Counted from the first letter of the stretch, positions 1-11,529 are shown. The stretch is DNA of 64,000 nt from Eledone cirrhosa (GCA_964016885.1 OZ024741.1:351230001-351294000), one strand, 5' to 3'. Translations and numbers: made by a program. The notes: generated by a model from the letters alone, not told the origin.

Positions 1-39
1 TGTTGACATTTGAAAATTTTAAAGAAGTGAATCTTTAAA

Positions 40-468
40 TCATCATCATCATCACCGTTTTTACGTCCGTTCTTCCACGCTAGCATGGGTTAGATGGGTT
101 GTCCTGTTGTGGGCAGTGTCCGGTCGGCTGACCTTCACTTGCTCATACGGGAACTGATTCTGGCTTGATTTCTACAGCTGGATGCCCTTCCTAACACCAA
201 CCTCATTTACAGTAAGTGCTGGGTGCTCTTTTTCAGTGGCACCTACACGTCCACTTTACAGTGTGGGCTGGGTGCTTTTTTTTTGCCGTGGCACCTCCAC
301 AGTGGAATGATAGGGACCCCAATCCTATCATTGCATTTCTACAGCTGAGTAAACTGGAGGAATGTGAAATAAAGTGTCTTGCTCAAGGAAACAATACATC
401 ACTTGGTCCTAGAATTGAACTCACAACCTTTTGATTGCAAGCCCAATGCTCTAACCACTAAGCCATGC
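40..468 (-). mobile_element. tRNA-derived SINE (CORE-like body) with RTE-type 3' tail
   Basis: Minus strand has TGGCTTAGTGGTTAGAGC (A box) and GAGTTCAATT (B box), then CCTTGAGCAAGACACTT...CTCAGCTGTAGAAATG, then the tail shared with the RTE LINEs and (TGA)n. Confidence 0.7.
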
Positions 469-666
469 TATATATGTGTATGTATATGTGTGTGTGTGTG
501 TGTGTGTATACATGTATGTATATATATGTGTGTGTGTGTATATGTATGTTTATGTGTGTGTTTGTATATATATGTGTGTGTGTGTATATTTATATGTACA
601 CACATACATACACAAATGCATATTTATGTACACTAATATTTTTTTTTCAATGTTTTTTCTTTGTAG

Positions 667-752
667 AATATCTTGTGAGGCAGCTAAGATGTTGGTCTCT
701 TCTTATAGCAACAAGTATATGGCAATTGTGGATAACTTCGATACAATGCAAG
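667..752 (+). CDS. FIGNL1: FIGNL1 coding exon (first in window; start exon upstream)
   Basis: ttgtag| acceptor and |gtacag donor. Encodes ISCEAAKMLVSSYSNKYMAIVDNFDTMQ, resembling the FIGNL1 N-terminus (human ISQVCATKLFKKYAEKYSAIID). Confidence 0.85.
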
Positions 753-1055
753 GTACAGCACATCAGATAATGGTTTTGATTGCTTTGAGAAAGCTGGTAC
801 GATGCAAGTTAGAAATGCAAGATTGAAAGCTATACTAGAGAAAAGCAGTTATGGGTTAACCCTACAGTTCAGGAATAGGTACCAGCCATCTTACAAATCT
901 TGGCTTGCTTGAAGCTATGGTTGAAGACAAAAATTTACAAAACATCATTTTACATCTGCTTTCCATGCTGGCAATGGTTGGATGGGTTGTTACTGTTTGC
1001 TTGTACTGTCTAATTTCTCATTTACTGATTTAAAAAATTATTACTATCTTTTCAG

Positions 1056-1109
1056 GTTTGAATAATTTTGCTGGAGGAGCTCTTCATCTTTGCAGTAAAA
1101 ACAGAAATG
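1056..1109 (+). CDS. FIGNL1: FIGNL1 coding exon
   Basis: ttcag|...|gtaact, phase 1-1. GLNNFAGGALHLCSKNRN (human GLNNYAENILTL). Confidence 0.85.
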
Positions 1110-1149
1110 GTAACTTCCTTTTTTATATATACACACACATATATACACC

Positions 1150-2580
1150 TACACCGATATCTGCAGATAGAGACAACTTTCCAACAAATATAAAATAACT
1201 TCACCACCAGAAACAACAGACTACCAACATTCTACCTCATTAAAATCAACAAAACCAATGTTAATCTCCAGATTAGACCCATTGTCTCTATTATAGAAGG
1301 ACCCCTCTATAAAATCTTGTTCCTCTCCCAGATCCTCAAACCTATGCTTTTTACTTTTATTAGACATGTCAGCAGCTCCAACAAAGTCATACAAAGACTA
1401 CATCAACTACAATCTAACCAACTTAAACTCAACAGATATACCTTTAGCCTCGACGTTGTCTCCCTCTACATGACAGTACCCGCTCACCCAGCGATCAACA
1501 TAGTGACTGACTGCATCATTTCATACAACATATACTGCTTCGGCCTCACTCCACAAGACATACATCAGCTTCTATCTGTCATCGTAGAAAATACATACTT
1601 TACTTTCCACCATCACACATAAAAACAAACAACAGGCCTACCCAAGGGATCTAGTCTTTCAGGCCTTCTGGTCATCACCTATATGAACCAACTGGAACGT
1701 TGAGCGCTCCACACCTGCTGCTCCTATTTCTTCTTCACCTGATACATTGATGATATATTCATCTTCACATCATCCCGTGAAGAGACCGACATAACATCTA
1801 CGACATTCTCAAACATAGATAACAATATGAGATTCACCGTAGAACACCCCGATAAAAATGTTTCCCTGTCGCTGCTGGACTTCTACCTTAGAATTACAGA
1901 AGATGCTATATACACCAACTTCTATAGGAAAGCTACCAGCAGAGATCTATGAGTACATTATAGGTTAGCTCTTCCTCATGGTGCTAAAATGGATACATAA
2001 GAAAATAACTTACGCGTATCTGGAATAAATGTAGCAAGACAGAGGACTAGATCATTCACACTGTACACTTCAAGGATTTACTGAAGGCGAATGGATACCC
2101 AACATCCATAGTGAATCATCTTAGGAATCGTAGGAGCCACTGGCATAAGACCTCTTCTAACATCTTCATGAAAGTATCACACTTCAGCGAAAACAGAGCT
2201 ATCTGCAAGGAAGGACTGGATATACAATTAGCTCACGCCAGCCCTTCCATGCGAGGTTATCTAAAAAGCAATCCAGAGACAACAACAACCAATGCACGCT
2301 GACTAACTGCCCTATCCGTGATGCAGGTATGTGCTAACAGACACATGTGGTATACTGGATTGAATGTGACAAATGAGATCTACATTGGTGGTACAACTTG
2401 ACCACTCCACACCTGCATTGAAGAACACCTCAACATATTTGCATCCTCATTCAAAAAACACATTGACAAATGCAGAAACACCAACATACATATATATGTA
2501 TACGAGCGAGACACGGTCACCCGACCAAACTTGCCTCAAATGGGACAAACCAGTCTAACCCATGGGAGATAGACATTAAA
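1150..2580 (+). mobile_element. decayed Penelope-like retroelement (RT and GIY-YIG remnants)
   Basis: FSLDVVSLY, ENTYFTF, GLPKGSSLSG, YIDDIF, SLLDF motifs with stops and frameshifts. Confidence 0.8.
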
Positions 2581-3138
2581 TGATATATATATATTTATTA
2601 AAATAACAGATTAAGGTTTAAGCAAAGAATCGCTGCTTTCACCTTTAACGGGGTCCTTTGAAACTAAAAAAATTAATCTGAATGCAGAAATAAATATTTC
2701 GAAAAACGTTGCAACCGAAGGAAAAAAGGAAGACGATACTTTAGTTCGTGAAGATGTTACCTGGCAATGAACGGAAAAAAGCGAAGATAATACGTCGTTA
2801 TGTGGAGCGATGAGAACAATTTCACGCAAAGACAAAACCACGTTTATGGTATAAATAAAGTCATAGACTAAAATTCTATTTTGGAAACCGAATCATTCTC
2901 GGCTTCAGAGTTAAGAATAATGTAAATAAATTAGTAGAACGAAAATGACAGAGGTTATTGAAATCAACAATAATTAAATATATACATACATGCATTCATA
3001 TACGTACATGCACATGCATACGCGAAAACACCCAGCCATGCATGCATATACAAGCATGTACACATCAACACGCGCACACATACATACGCGACACCTGTAC
3101 TCGCACACATACGAACGTAAACACCAAATACACATAAA

Positions 3139-3170
<32 letters not shown>

Positions 3171-3559
3171 ATATACATATAATTATATAAACGTATATAA
3201 ATATACACACATAAATATAACGCGTGCACACACATACCTACAGGTAAATACACATGTTCACTAAACGTACGTCAACCAAAACACAAAGTACACATATACA
3301 CACCTTACATACGTGCAAACACACATACACACACAAACACAAAATACACATATACACATAACCATATACACGTGTACCAGTATATATAATATAATATATA
3401 CACCTATAACAAATACAAGCAAATATACGTACGAGAAAGTATACGTACCTTCACAAAACATACGGGTAAGGTATACTTACCTATACAAATAAGTAATGGT
3501 ATAAACATAAAATATACTTAGCTCCCACATCAAGACATAAATTATCCGCGTATTGTTCA

Positions 3560-4060
3560 TACTATCAGTTAGGGGCTGTAATACAGGAAAGTTTTATGCA
3601 ATTTATGTTTATAAGCTGAAATTGCCTCAAATTTTTTGTTTAAGATGTGGTCATTGGCGTAGAGTATTTCCAGGGTTTCAGCGGTGCAAAGATCACATGG
3701 TCTTTTATTTCCGTTATACGATCTAGCTTTAGCTAGGATCTCCCAGTGTAACCTATATTGGGTGTGGTAGTCTTTTAGACTCCAGATATAAGCTGAAAGT
3801 GACATCATATTCCTTCTTAAAGGGTTAAGAAAAGAATGGGTGTGCATGTAAAGACGCTACTTGAATCTATTGGCAGTTAACCCTATGTAGGCCCTACGGG
3901 ACGTGGGTGTTTCGACCTTACATTTGTAGACAATGTTACTGGAGAGGCATTTCCCGGATAGAGGTGATGTCCAGCAGAAGCAAGGGGGACAACCGTCTAT
4001 GCATTTCAGGCTTAACTGGCCTTCGTCAGGACGGTCCCTCCTACCGCTTGCGACTGCTGG
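3560..4060 (-). mobile_element. Penelope-like 3' fragment (GIY-YIG endonuclease) preceded by a hammerhead
   Basis: PLSGKCLSSNIVYKC...YIGLT..FK and WEILAKA...CDLCTAE...LNKK in ORFs 3857-4156 and 3569-3847. Confidence 0.8.
3991..4036 (-). ncRNA. minimal type I hammerhead ribozyme motif
   Basis: GACCGUC-CUGACGA-AGGC(cagttaa)GCCU-GAA-AUGCAU-A/GACGGUU: 7-bp stem I, intact core, 4-bp stem II and palindromic stem-loop III. Confidence 0.85.
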
Positions 4061-4214
4061 ACTAGAAGACAGGCGAGAATATACATATTGTATAAAGCTA
4101 TGCTTGAAGCGAAATCTTATTATAAGTTGAGCCAACTTATGCAGCTTCATATGCAAATGAGAATAATCACCTCATTTACACAGACGAGAAAAGTATATAT
4201 GTGATAGTCTTATC

Positions 4215-4505
4215 GAAAGGTTTTGAGTTCAATTCTCAGACTGAGTGATGTGTTGTTTCCTTGAACAAGACACTTTATTTCACATTGCTCCAGTTTACTC
4301 AGCTGTAGAAATGAGATGATAGGGACTGGGGTCTATATCATTCCACTGCAAAGTGGTCGTGGAGGTGCCACGGCAAAAAAGCACTCAGCTCTCACTGTAA
4401 ATGAGGTTGGTGTTAGGAAGGGCATCCAGCTGTAGAAATCAAGCCAGAATCAGTTCCCGTCCCACCCATGCAAGCAGAGAAAAAGCGGACGTAAAATGTT
4501 GATGA
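4215..4505 (+). mobile_element. SINE (CORE-like, RTE tail)
   Basis: Same family as 40-468 and 4990-5332. Confidence 0.7.
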
Positions 4506-4613
4506 TATGTCTATATTATATATTAAAATTAAGTGAGGAAAAACTCTATTTATGGGAGTACAAACAAGATAGGCAAAAAAGAATATTCTATCTAAACTTG
4601 CTTATATATAGAT

Positions 4614-4695
4614 CTCTCTACTGTGGTTTCATATGGGGAAGAATTCTTATTGGAAGTGCCAATAATTGAAGAATCCGCCATACTCTTCAGGGGAG
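4614..4695 (-). ncRNA. type I hammerhead ribozyme motif with long stem II
   Basis: CUCCC-CUGAAGA-GUAUGG...CCAUAU-GAAAC-CACA-GUA/GAGAG. One mismatch in stem I. Confidence 0.65.
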
Positions 4696-4989
4696 TTTAA
4701 TTCTTCAAAAGCTAAGAGAAATTGACCACAAAAATATACATACTGCTTCATTTGCTGAGGTAGCATGGTGGAATAAAAACATGCGTAGTGTTACATGATC
4801 AAAAATCTCCTAACATAGGACTATGTGATGGTCTTATAGTGCCGCTAGAAATAACAGCCAAAGGATCGTCTGGTACAACTCTACAAATTAAGGAGCAGTT
4901 TAATTTTAAAGGTTAATTAGTCTCTAATTCTTAAACATCTCAATGAGAGGAATCTCTCAAAGAAGCAATATTATATATATATATATAAA

Positions 4990-5332
4990 TCATCATCATC
5001 ATCATTTCATTTTACGTCCGCTTTTCCCTGCTTGCAAGGGTGGGACGGGAACTGATTTTGGCTTGATTTCTACAGCTGGATGCCTTTCCTAACACCAACC
5101 TCATTTACAGTGAGTGCTGGGTGCTTTTTTGCTGTGGCACCTCCACGACCACTTTGCAGTGGAATGATAGGAATCCCAGTCCCTATCATCTCATTTCTAC
5201 AGCTGAGTAAACTGGAGCAATGTGAAATAAAGTGTCTTGCTCAAGGAAACAACACATCACCCGGTCTGAGAATTGAACTCACAACCTTTCGATTGCAAAG
5301 CCAATGCTCTAACCACTAAGCCATGTGCCTCC
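4990..5332 (-). mobile_element. SINE (CORE-like, RTE tail)
   Basis: A and B boxes plus tail present. Absent from the paralogous block at ~11420. Confidence 0.75.
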
Positions 5333-5498
5333 ATATATATATAAATTGTAAATAACAAGATCAAAATCACTATTATTATCACATATATACTGTATATATA
5401 TATATATATTATCATCACTGTTTTACATCCGTTCTTCCACGCTAACATGGGTTAGATGGGTTGTCCTGTTGTGGGCAGTATCCAGTCGGCTGACATGT

Positions 5499-5549
5499 GG
5501 CTTCCTGATGATTTCTGCTGAATGAAACAGTTCTAGTTCTGTAGAAACC
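5499..5549 (+). ncRNA. type I hammerhead ribozyme motif
   Basis: GGCUUC-CUGAUGA-u(uuc ugcu gaa)u-GAAACAG(loop)CUGUA/GAAACC. Confidence 0.6.
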
Positions 5550-5561
5550 TTTCTATAATAA

Positions 5562-5598
<37 letters not shown>

Positions 5599-5699
5599 TT
5601 CACGTTGACATACACATATATACGTGTGTCTTGTGAGCGTTTGTAGGTTTTTGAATATTTCTGCGAGTCATTGTATGTTTTTTATGTGACCTATTCTCT

Positions 5700-5885
5700 C
5701 TTCAGTCGTTAGGTTGTGGGGTTGGAGTTACTATTCCATTCGTGTTTTCTTTTGAGGCTCAGTCTACTCTCTGTTATATTTGTGGCCTCTGTAATTTGTC
5801 TGAGCATTTTGTCAGTTCTATGTGTAGATAGGATCTTTACTTCAATGTTATCTACTGAGCCACCATGATCTAGTTTTTTATAGTA
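5700..5885 (-). mobile_element. Penelope-like GIY-YIG C-terminal remnant (second copy ~11665-11850)
   Basis: IEVKILSTHRTDKMLRQITEATNITE...LKRKHEW*. Confidence 0.6.
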
Positions 5886-5984
5886 TTGTTGATGGTGGTG
5901 GTGGTATTGAAAATGATGGTGATGATAATGATGAAAATGATGATGATGATGACAAAGATGATGATAATTTAATTTTAATTTCAG

Positions 5985-6067
5985 AGAGTGCCAATTGGGA
6001 ATCTTCACTGACTCCTGAAAATGTTTTTGAAATGGAATGTCTTAAACAAATCATAAAAGAATCAAAG
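5985..6067 (+). CDS. FIGNL1: FIGNL1 coding exon
   Basis: tttcag|...|gtttgt, phase 1-0. ESANWESSLTPENVFEMECLKQIIKESK (human KWQSGLSINNVFKM). Confidence 0.85.
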
Positions 6068-6799
6068 GTTTGTCTTTTCACCCTTTTGTAACAGTATTTC
6101 TAACGAAATACATTCTATTTCAATTAATTAATGAAGAATTTTCTATAATCAGAATGCTGATGATTTCATTAATAAGATATTAACTTATAGTTTGTGTATA
6201 AAATGCTGGAAGATTTAAAATTAAAATGGGTGGTTTTGTTTTATTGAACCAATGTCAGTTTTGGCTGGGTTGGAATCAAAAATGTTTTCCCTGTTAGCAA
6301 GGATTGGGCATGCCGTCACTGACTGGTCAGTACTGAAGTAGAACCTTTGACCTTTGACCAAGTGAGTTGGGGTCTCAACATACTATATTGCACTCTACTG
6401 AGAATATTTTATCATGGTACCGTCACTACAGAATTTGTTGTCATTGACTCAACTGATGAGCCCTCTCTACCTTATGGACAGGGGTATGATGTCACCAAGT
6501 GTTGAGGGATTTGGCAGGGTGAGGGGTGATAGTGGGAAAGGATCTCTGGTAGTGTGGAAGGTACTGTGGTTGTAACAGCTACTAGGGGCTATGACTTCTG
6601 TGTCAGGGTTTAGGAGACCAATATCTCGAGTAGAGCGAGAGGATGGTTGGGTGGTGACACTGGGTAGAATATAAGTGTTAGGATTTAGGAGTGACCTTGA
6701 CTAGAGTAGGTGTGGGGGGAGCACAGTGATGTTGAGAATAGCTACTACAAGGGTGGTGGTGTGATAAGGGTGCAATATTTGGATGGGTCACGTCAAGTT

Positions 6800-7095
6800 T
6801 TAAGTTAGTAGATAGATTTTCACCAGCACAGCATGTTGCTAGTCCTCATGGTCCTTTGTCATCTCTGTTGTGAGGTTCAACTTCTTAAGGTCACCCCTCA
6901 CTACTTCTTCCTGTGTCTTCCTAGGTCTGCCTCTTTTATGAGTTCCATCCACTGAAATTTCTTTGTATCTTTTTAAGTAGCTGTCATCTTCCATAAATAT
7001 CACATGTCCATTCCATACAATCGCAGCTTTCTCTCTTTCACACCACATCCGATTCCTTTTATGCCATCTTTTTCTTTTAGCTCGCTTATGCTACA
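6800..7095 (-). mobile_element. old RTE LINE 3' fragment
   Basis: GHVIFMEDD...RGRPRKT. Confidence 0.7.
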
Positions 7096-7145
7096 TCATT
7101 CTTGCACACACACACACACACACACAGACACACGGACACACACAC

Positions 7146-7758
7146 ACGTTGGTATGGTCACGTGATGCGCATGAAAGACGACAGCTGTATAAAAAAGTGC
7201 AGGGCAATAAAAATAGACGGTAGCCACGGAGTAGGCAGACCCAGAAAAACATGGGATGACTTGATAAATTCCGACCTCACACACTTACACCTCTCCAAGA
7301 CAATGTCACTGGACCGAGAGCTTTGGTGCTACACAGAAATAGAGAAGACCCACCTTACCTCAGTACAAAATGAAACCTACTACAGTCAGTAGGCACCTCT
7401 AACAAAATACACCCCCCGTCCCACTACCCCCACCCCATCAACACCACCCCTTTCAATGTAAAGTTATGTTGGTACCACAACATCCAGCCCGAAACAAATG
7501 AGGTCGTGTAGGTGTCACGACAAAAAAAACACACAGTCCACGCTGTAATGTGGCCGTGTAGGTAACATGGTAAAAACCTCCCAGTTCCACACTGTAAATG
7601 TGGTTGGTGTTAGGAAGGGCATCCAGCCGTAGAAAAACCGCCAGACATTCCTATGCGAGCAAGACAACCACTCTTGCCTCAAGTGGGAAAACACCCGTCC
7701 AAACCCATGCAAGCGTGGAATATGGACGTTAAACAATGATGATGATGATGATGATGAT
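7146..7758 (+). mobile_element. RTE LINE 3' fragment (subfamily A)
   Basis: RWYGHVMRMKDD...GRPRKTWDDLINSDL, 3' UTR and (GAT)n tail. Confidence 0.85.
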
Positions 7759-7763
7759 ACACA

Positions 7764-8633
7764 CAATGTAGCGCAGATAAATCCAGAATTTTTATGTGGC
7801 AACAGTATTGTGATGTCACAGTGTAGTGAGGTTTTGAGAGCACCATTAGAAAGTACAACACTGCAGTAGCTGTCTGGCCATTGATGCATGAGGTACTTAG
7901 TAATCGACATGCCTTCAGAATACGATTGTGAAGCTGCTGTGGTGGAGAGCCTTCGCACCGGCCACAAAACCAAGGAAATTACTGAATGGTTTAAATACCC
8001 TAAAACCAAGTTCTACGACCTTGTAAAAGCATATAGGGCCTCAGACGATAAGGACAATTTCAGGCCAGAATGCAAGACTTGTAAGAAGCACTCTGTTGCC
8101 ATCAGGATGCCTGAGTTCATTGCCGAGGTTGTCAAGGGTAATCCCCGCAAAAGCATGAGGAAAATCACCATGGAAATAGGCACCAGCAGGTGAACAATCA
8201 TGTGTATTGTTAAGGAGGACTTGAATTATATATCTTATGTGCTCAAGAGGTGCCACATACTCACTGAAGCTCTTTGTCAATGTGCTGAGTTATGGCTCCC
8301 GTATTTGCCAGACTGTAATCCTCTTGACTATTTTGTGAGGCGTCTTGAAGAGGGAGGTGAACAGTAGGCCCTATAACACCAATGAGGCGCTCGAGGCAGC
8401 CATCAGGGACGCCATGGCCAACATGGACTGTGACGTTGTCGCCAGGACCTGCTCCAGCTTCTGGTCTCGCCTGGAGAAAGTGGTAACCACTGATGGTGGC
8501 CACATCAAGTGATTTTTGTACCTTATATATGTGCTTAACTGTGTATAAGGTTTCATTGAAATATATTAATTTGTTACATAAAAACACTTTTTATTATGCA
8601 TTAAATTTTTCCAGATTTATCTGTGCCATACTA
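7764..8633 (+). mobile_element. internally deleted Tc1/mariner (maT/DD37D-like) DNA transposon
   Basis: Degenerate 25-bp TIRs at 7764-7788 and 8609-8633 (core CAGATAAATC). N-terminal HTH ORF at 7888-8193; C-terminal W.P..PDCNPLDY...DGGHIK* at 8293-8511. Confidence 0.8.
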
Positions 8634-8922
8634 TATTATATACTTCAATGAAAATATGAGAAGGCCGGATTCCAATAACTTCCTTTATTGTTGTATTACA
8701 CAATATGTGTTTCTGTGGCCGGCTTACATCATCAGACTATGATGCAAAACATTTGGTGATGTCATCACATGGCATAAACATAAAAGATTTAGTTAAGTAA
8801 TTCTTACTGGGGCACAGCAAAATATAAACAAAGAATCAATCATACAGAGGTGGCCTGGCTAGCCATGCTATTCCTATGATGGCAGCCTTCGTATATATAT
8901 ACATGTGTATATGTATATATAA

Positions 8923-9545
8923 GTGGTTGATAGCTTCCGGTACCTAGTTGATCAGATTAGCATGGGAGGGGAGTGTTCCGCGGCCATAGTGTCTAGAATA
9001 AGGATGGGTTGGAAGAAGTTTAGGGAGCTGCTTTCTCTGTTGACAAAGAAGGGTTTCTCCCTGCGTACGAAAGGCCGGTTACATGATGCCTGTGTGAGAT
9101 GCGTGATGCTGCATGGTAGTGAGACACGGGCAGCAACTGCAGAGGATATGCGACGGCTGGAGAGAAATGAAGCAAGCATGCTCTGTTGGATGTGCAATGT
9201 CAATGTGCATGAACAACCAAGCATAGATGAGTTGAAAGAGAAACTGTGTATAAGAGGGATAAGTTGTAGTGTGCGGGAAAGAAGACTGCGATTGTGTGGA
9301 CATGTGATGCACATGGAGGATGACCGCTGGGTAAAGAAGTGCCAATAAATCCCAGTAGAAGGAAGACGCAGTAGAGGAAGACCACGAAAACCATGGATGG
9401 AGGTGGTGAGAGCAGACCTCAGATCGCTGAAGCTCACAGTGGTGATGACGAAGGACCATCACAAGTGGAGAGATGCTGTGCTGAATAGGACCCGTCCCAC
9501 CCTTGCAAGCAGGAAAAAGTGGACGTAAAATGATGATGATGATTA
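8923..9545 (+). mobile_element. RTE LINE 3' fragment (subfamily C)
   Basis: FRYL...WKKFRELL...LHGSET...GHV...RGRPRK and (TGA)n tail. Confidence 0.85.
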
Positions 9546-9760
9546 TATATATATATTTAACGAAGGGTATAATTAAAAATATTGTTAGATGGGTGATTAT
9601 AACAGAGTTGTTAGATGAAATAACAAGAATAAAGATTTAGTTTATATATAAAGGTTTACTTCACTTGAATAAAAAAGAACAATAATCAAGTTACCACGAA
9701 TTGCGAAGGTTGACAATGTTATTTTGTTGTTGATGTGAAAACAGCGAGCGACCAAATAAA

Positions 9761-10943
9761 GTTTGTTGGTGGATGCAGTCCATGGTAGTAGTTCTCGTTG
9801 TAAGTCTGGTTTAATCTGCGACCAGGAGAGAGAGAGAGGGTAATTGTCTGTAATTGACTGTAGACCACTGTGGCCTGTAGATAGCGGTGAATCTTTACAT
9901 AGTTTGTTGCTAGCGTAATGCTCCGATCTCTCTGTAGGATGATACAGGGTTTATATACCTGTCGCTTTCTGCCTCCCACCTTAAGGGGATAGGCCACGCA
10001 TGAACCTGTTCACACCAAAAGGGTGGTGACCTAGAGTTTCACCTTCAGGCATTAAACAAGGTTCAAGGCATGGACAGATTTCGCTACATTAGTTCCCTAC
10101 CCAGATCGATGCAGGAGCAGCGATCGATTACAAAAGGGGTAGCGAAATCTGATTGTAGAAGCCTGTCCCAAAACACACAAAATGTGGGTATTGCGCCCGC
10201 ACTTCGGGTGGGAGAAATTTGGTGAGAGAGAAAAAAAAAAAAAATCGTATAACTGTGTATGCATGTGTGTGTGTAACATTTAGAAGAAACTGTAAATATA
10301 CAAAGTTGTGATCATGTATTTCGAACTGTTGTGTATGGATGGCTGAATGTTGGGGTTATGGTATCGGATTACGATATGACAACACAGAGGACTATTTCTC
10401 TTGATGTATTATCATACATAAGATTCTTTTCCGGTGAGTCGAGGTTTATGCTATGACATGAGTGTGCAATTTTGAGTTGCGTGCTTGAGTGAGTTCAAGC
10501 GAGTAGTACCCGTGGGTGAGTTTGTTGGTGGATGCAGTCCGTGGTAGTAGTTCTCGTCGTGAGTCTGGTTTAGTCTGCGACCAGGAGAGAGAGAGAGAGA
10601 GAGGGTAATGGTTTGTAATTGACTGTAGACCACTGTGGCCTGTAGATAGCGGTGAATCCTTACATAGCTGGTCTGTATCGTAATGCTCCGATCTCTCTGT
10701 ATGTCTGTAGACCACTGGGGCCTGAAGGTAGCGGTGAATCTTTACATAGTTTGTTGCTAGCGTAATGCTCCGATCTCTCTGTATTTCTGTAGGAGGATAC
10801 AAGCTTTATATACCTGTCGCTTTCTGTCTCCCACCTTAAGGGGATAGGCCACGCATGAACCTGTTCACACCAAAAGGGTGGTGACCTAGAGTTTGACCTT
10901 CAGGTATTACCCAAGGTTCAAGGCGTGGACAGATTTCACTACA
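9761..10943. mobile_element. non-coding element bounded by ~330-420 bp direct repeats (LTR/TRIM-like)
   Basis: 9761-10088 is repeated at 10520-10943. Both copies read TGTTGG...CTACA and have TATATAAA on the minus strand. Confidence 0.55.
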
Positions 10944-11054
10944 TATATATGTATATATTATATATTAAAATTAAGTGAGGAAAAACTCTATTTATGGGAG
11001 TACAAACAAGATAGGCAAAAAAAATATTCTATCTAAACTCGCTTATATATAGAT

Positions 11055-11136
11055 CTCTCTACTGTGGTTTCATATGAGGAAGAATTCTTATTGGAAGTGC
11101 CAATAATTGAAGAATCCGCCATACTCTTCAGGGGAG
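11055..11136 (-). ncRNA. hammerhead motif, duplicate of 4614-4695
   Basis: Near-identical copy; one G-C pair becomes G-U in stem II. Confidence 0.62.
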
Positions 11137-11478
11137 TTTAATTCTTCAAAAGCTAAGAGAAATTGACAAAAAAATATACATACTGTTTCATTTGCTGAGG
11201 TAGCATGGTGGAATAAAAACATGCGTAGTGTTACATGATCAAAAATCTCTTAACATAGGACTATGTGATAGTCTTATAGTGTCGCTAGAAATAGCAGCCA
11301 AAGGATCGTCTGGTACAACTCTACAAATTAAGGAGCAGTTTAATATTAAAGGTTAATTAGTCTCTAATTCTTAAACATCTCAATGAAAGGAATCTCTCAA
11401 AGAAGTAATATAATATATATATATAAATTGTAAACAACAAGATCAAAATCACTATTATTATCATATATATATATATGT

Positions 11479-11529
11479 GGCTTCCTGATGATTTCTGCCG
11501 AATGAAACAGTTCTAATCCTGTAGAAGCC
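11479..11529 (+). ncRNA. hammerhead motif, duplicate of 5499-5549 with perfect stem I
   Basis: GGCUUC/GAAGCC stem I, CUGAUGA and GAAA core, ACAG/CUGU stem III, GUA cleavage triplet at 11521-11523. Confidence 0.68.

Noticed and set aside
2880-2915. Possible hammerhead on minus strand (CUGAAG-CCGA...UCGG)
   Set aside because: No GAAA follows the stem and stems I and III are absent.
6290-6800. G-rich stretch, possibly a decayed RT or a G-quadruplex
   Set aside because: Only faint motif similarity on the minus strand; cannot be supported without a search.
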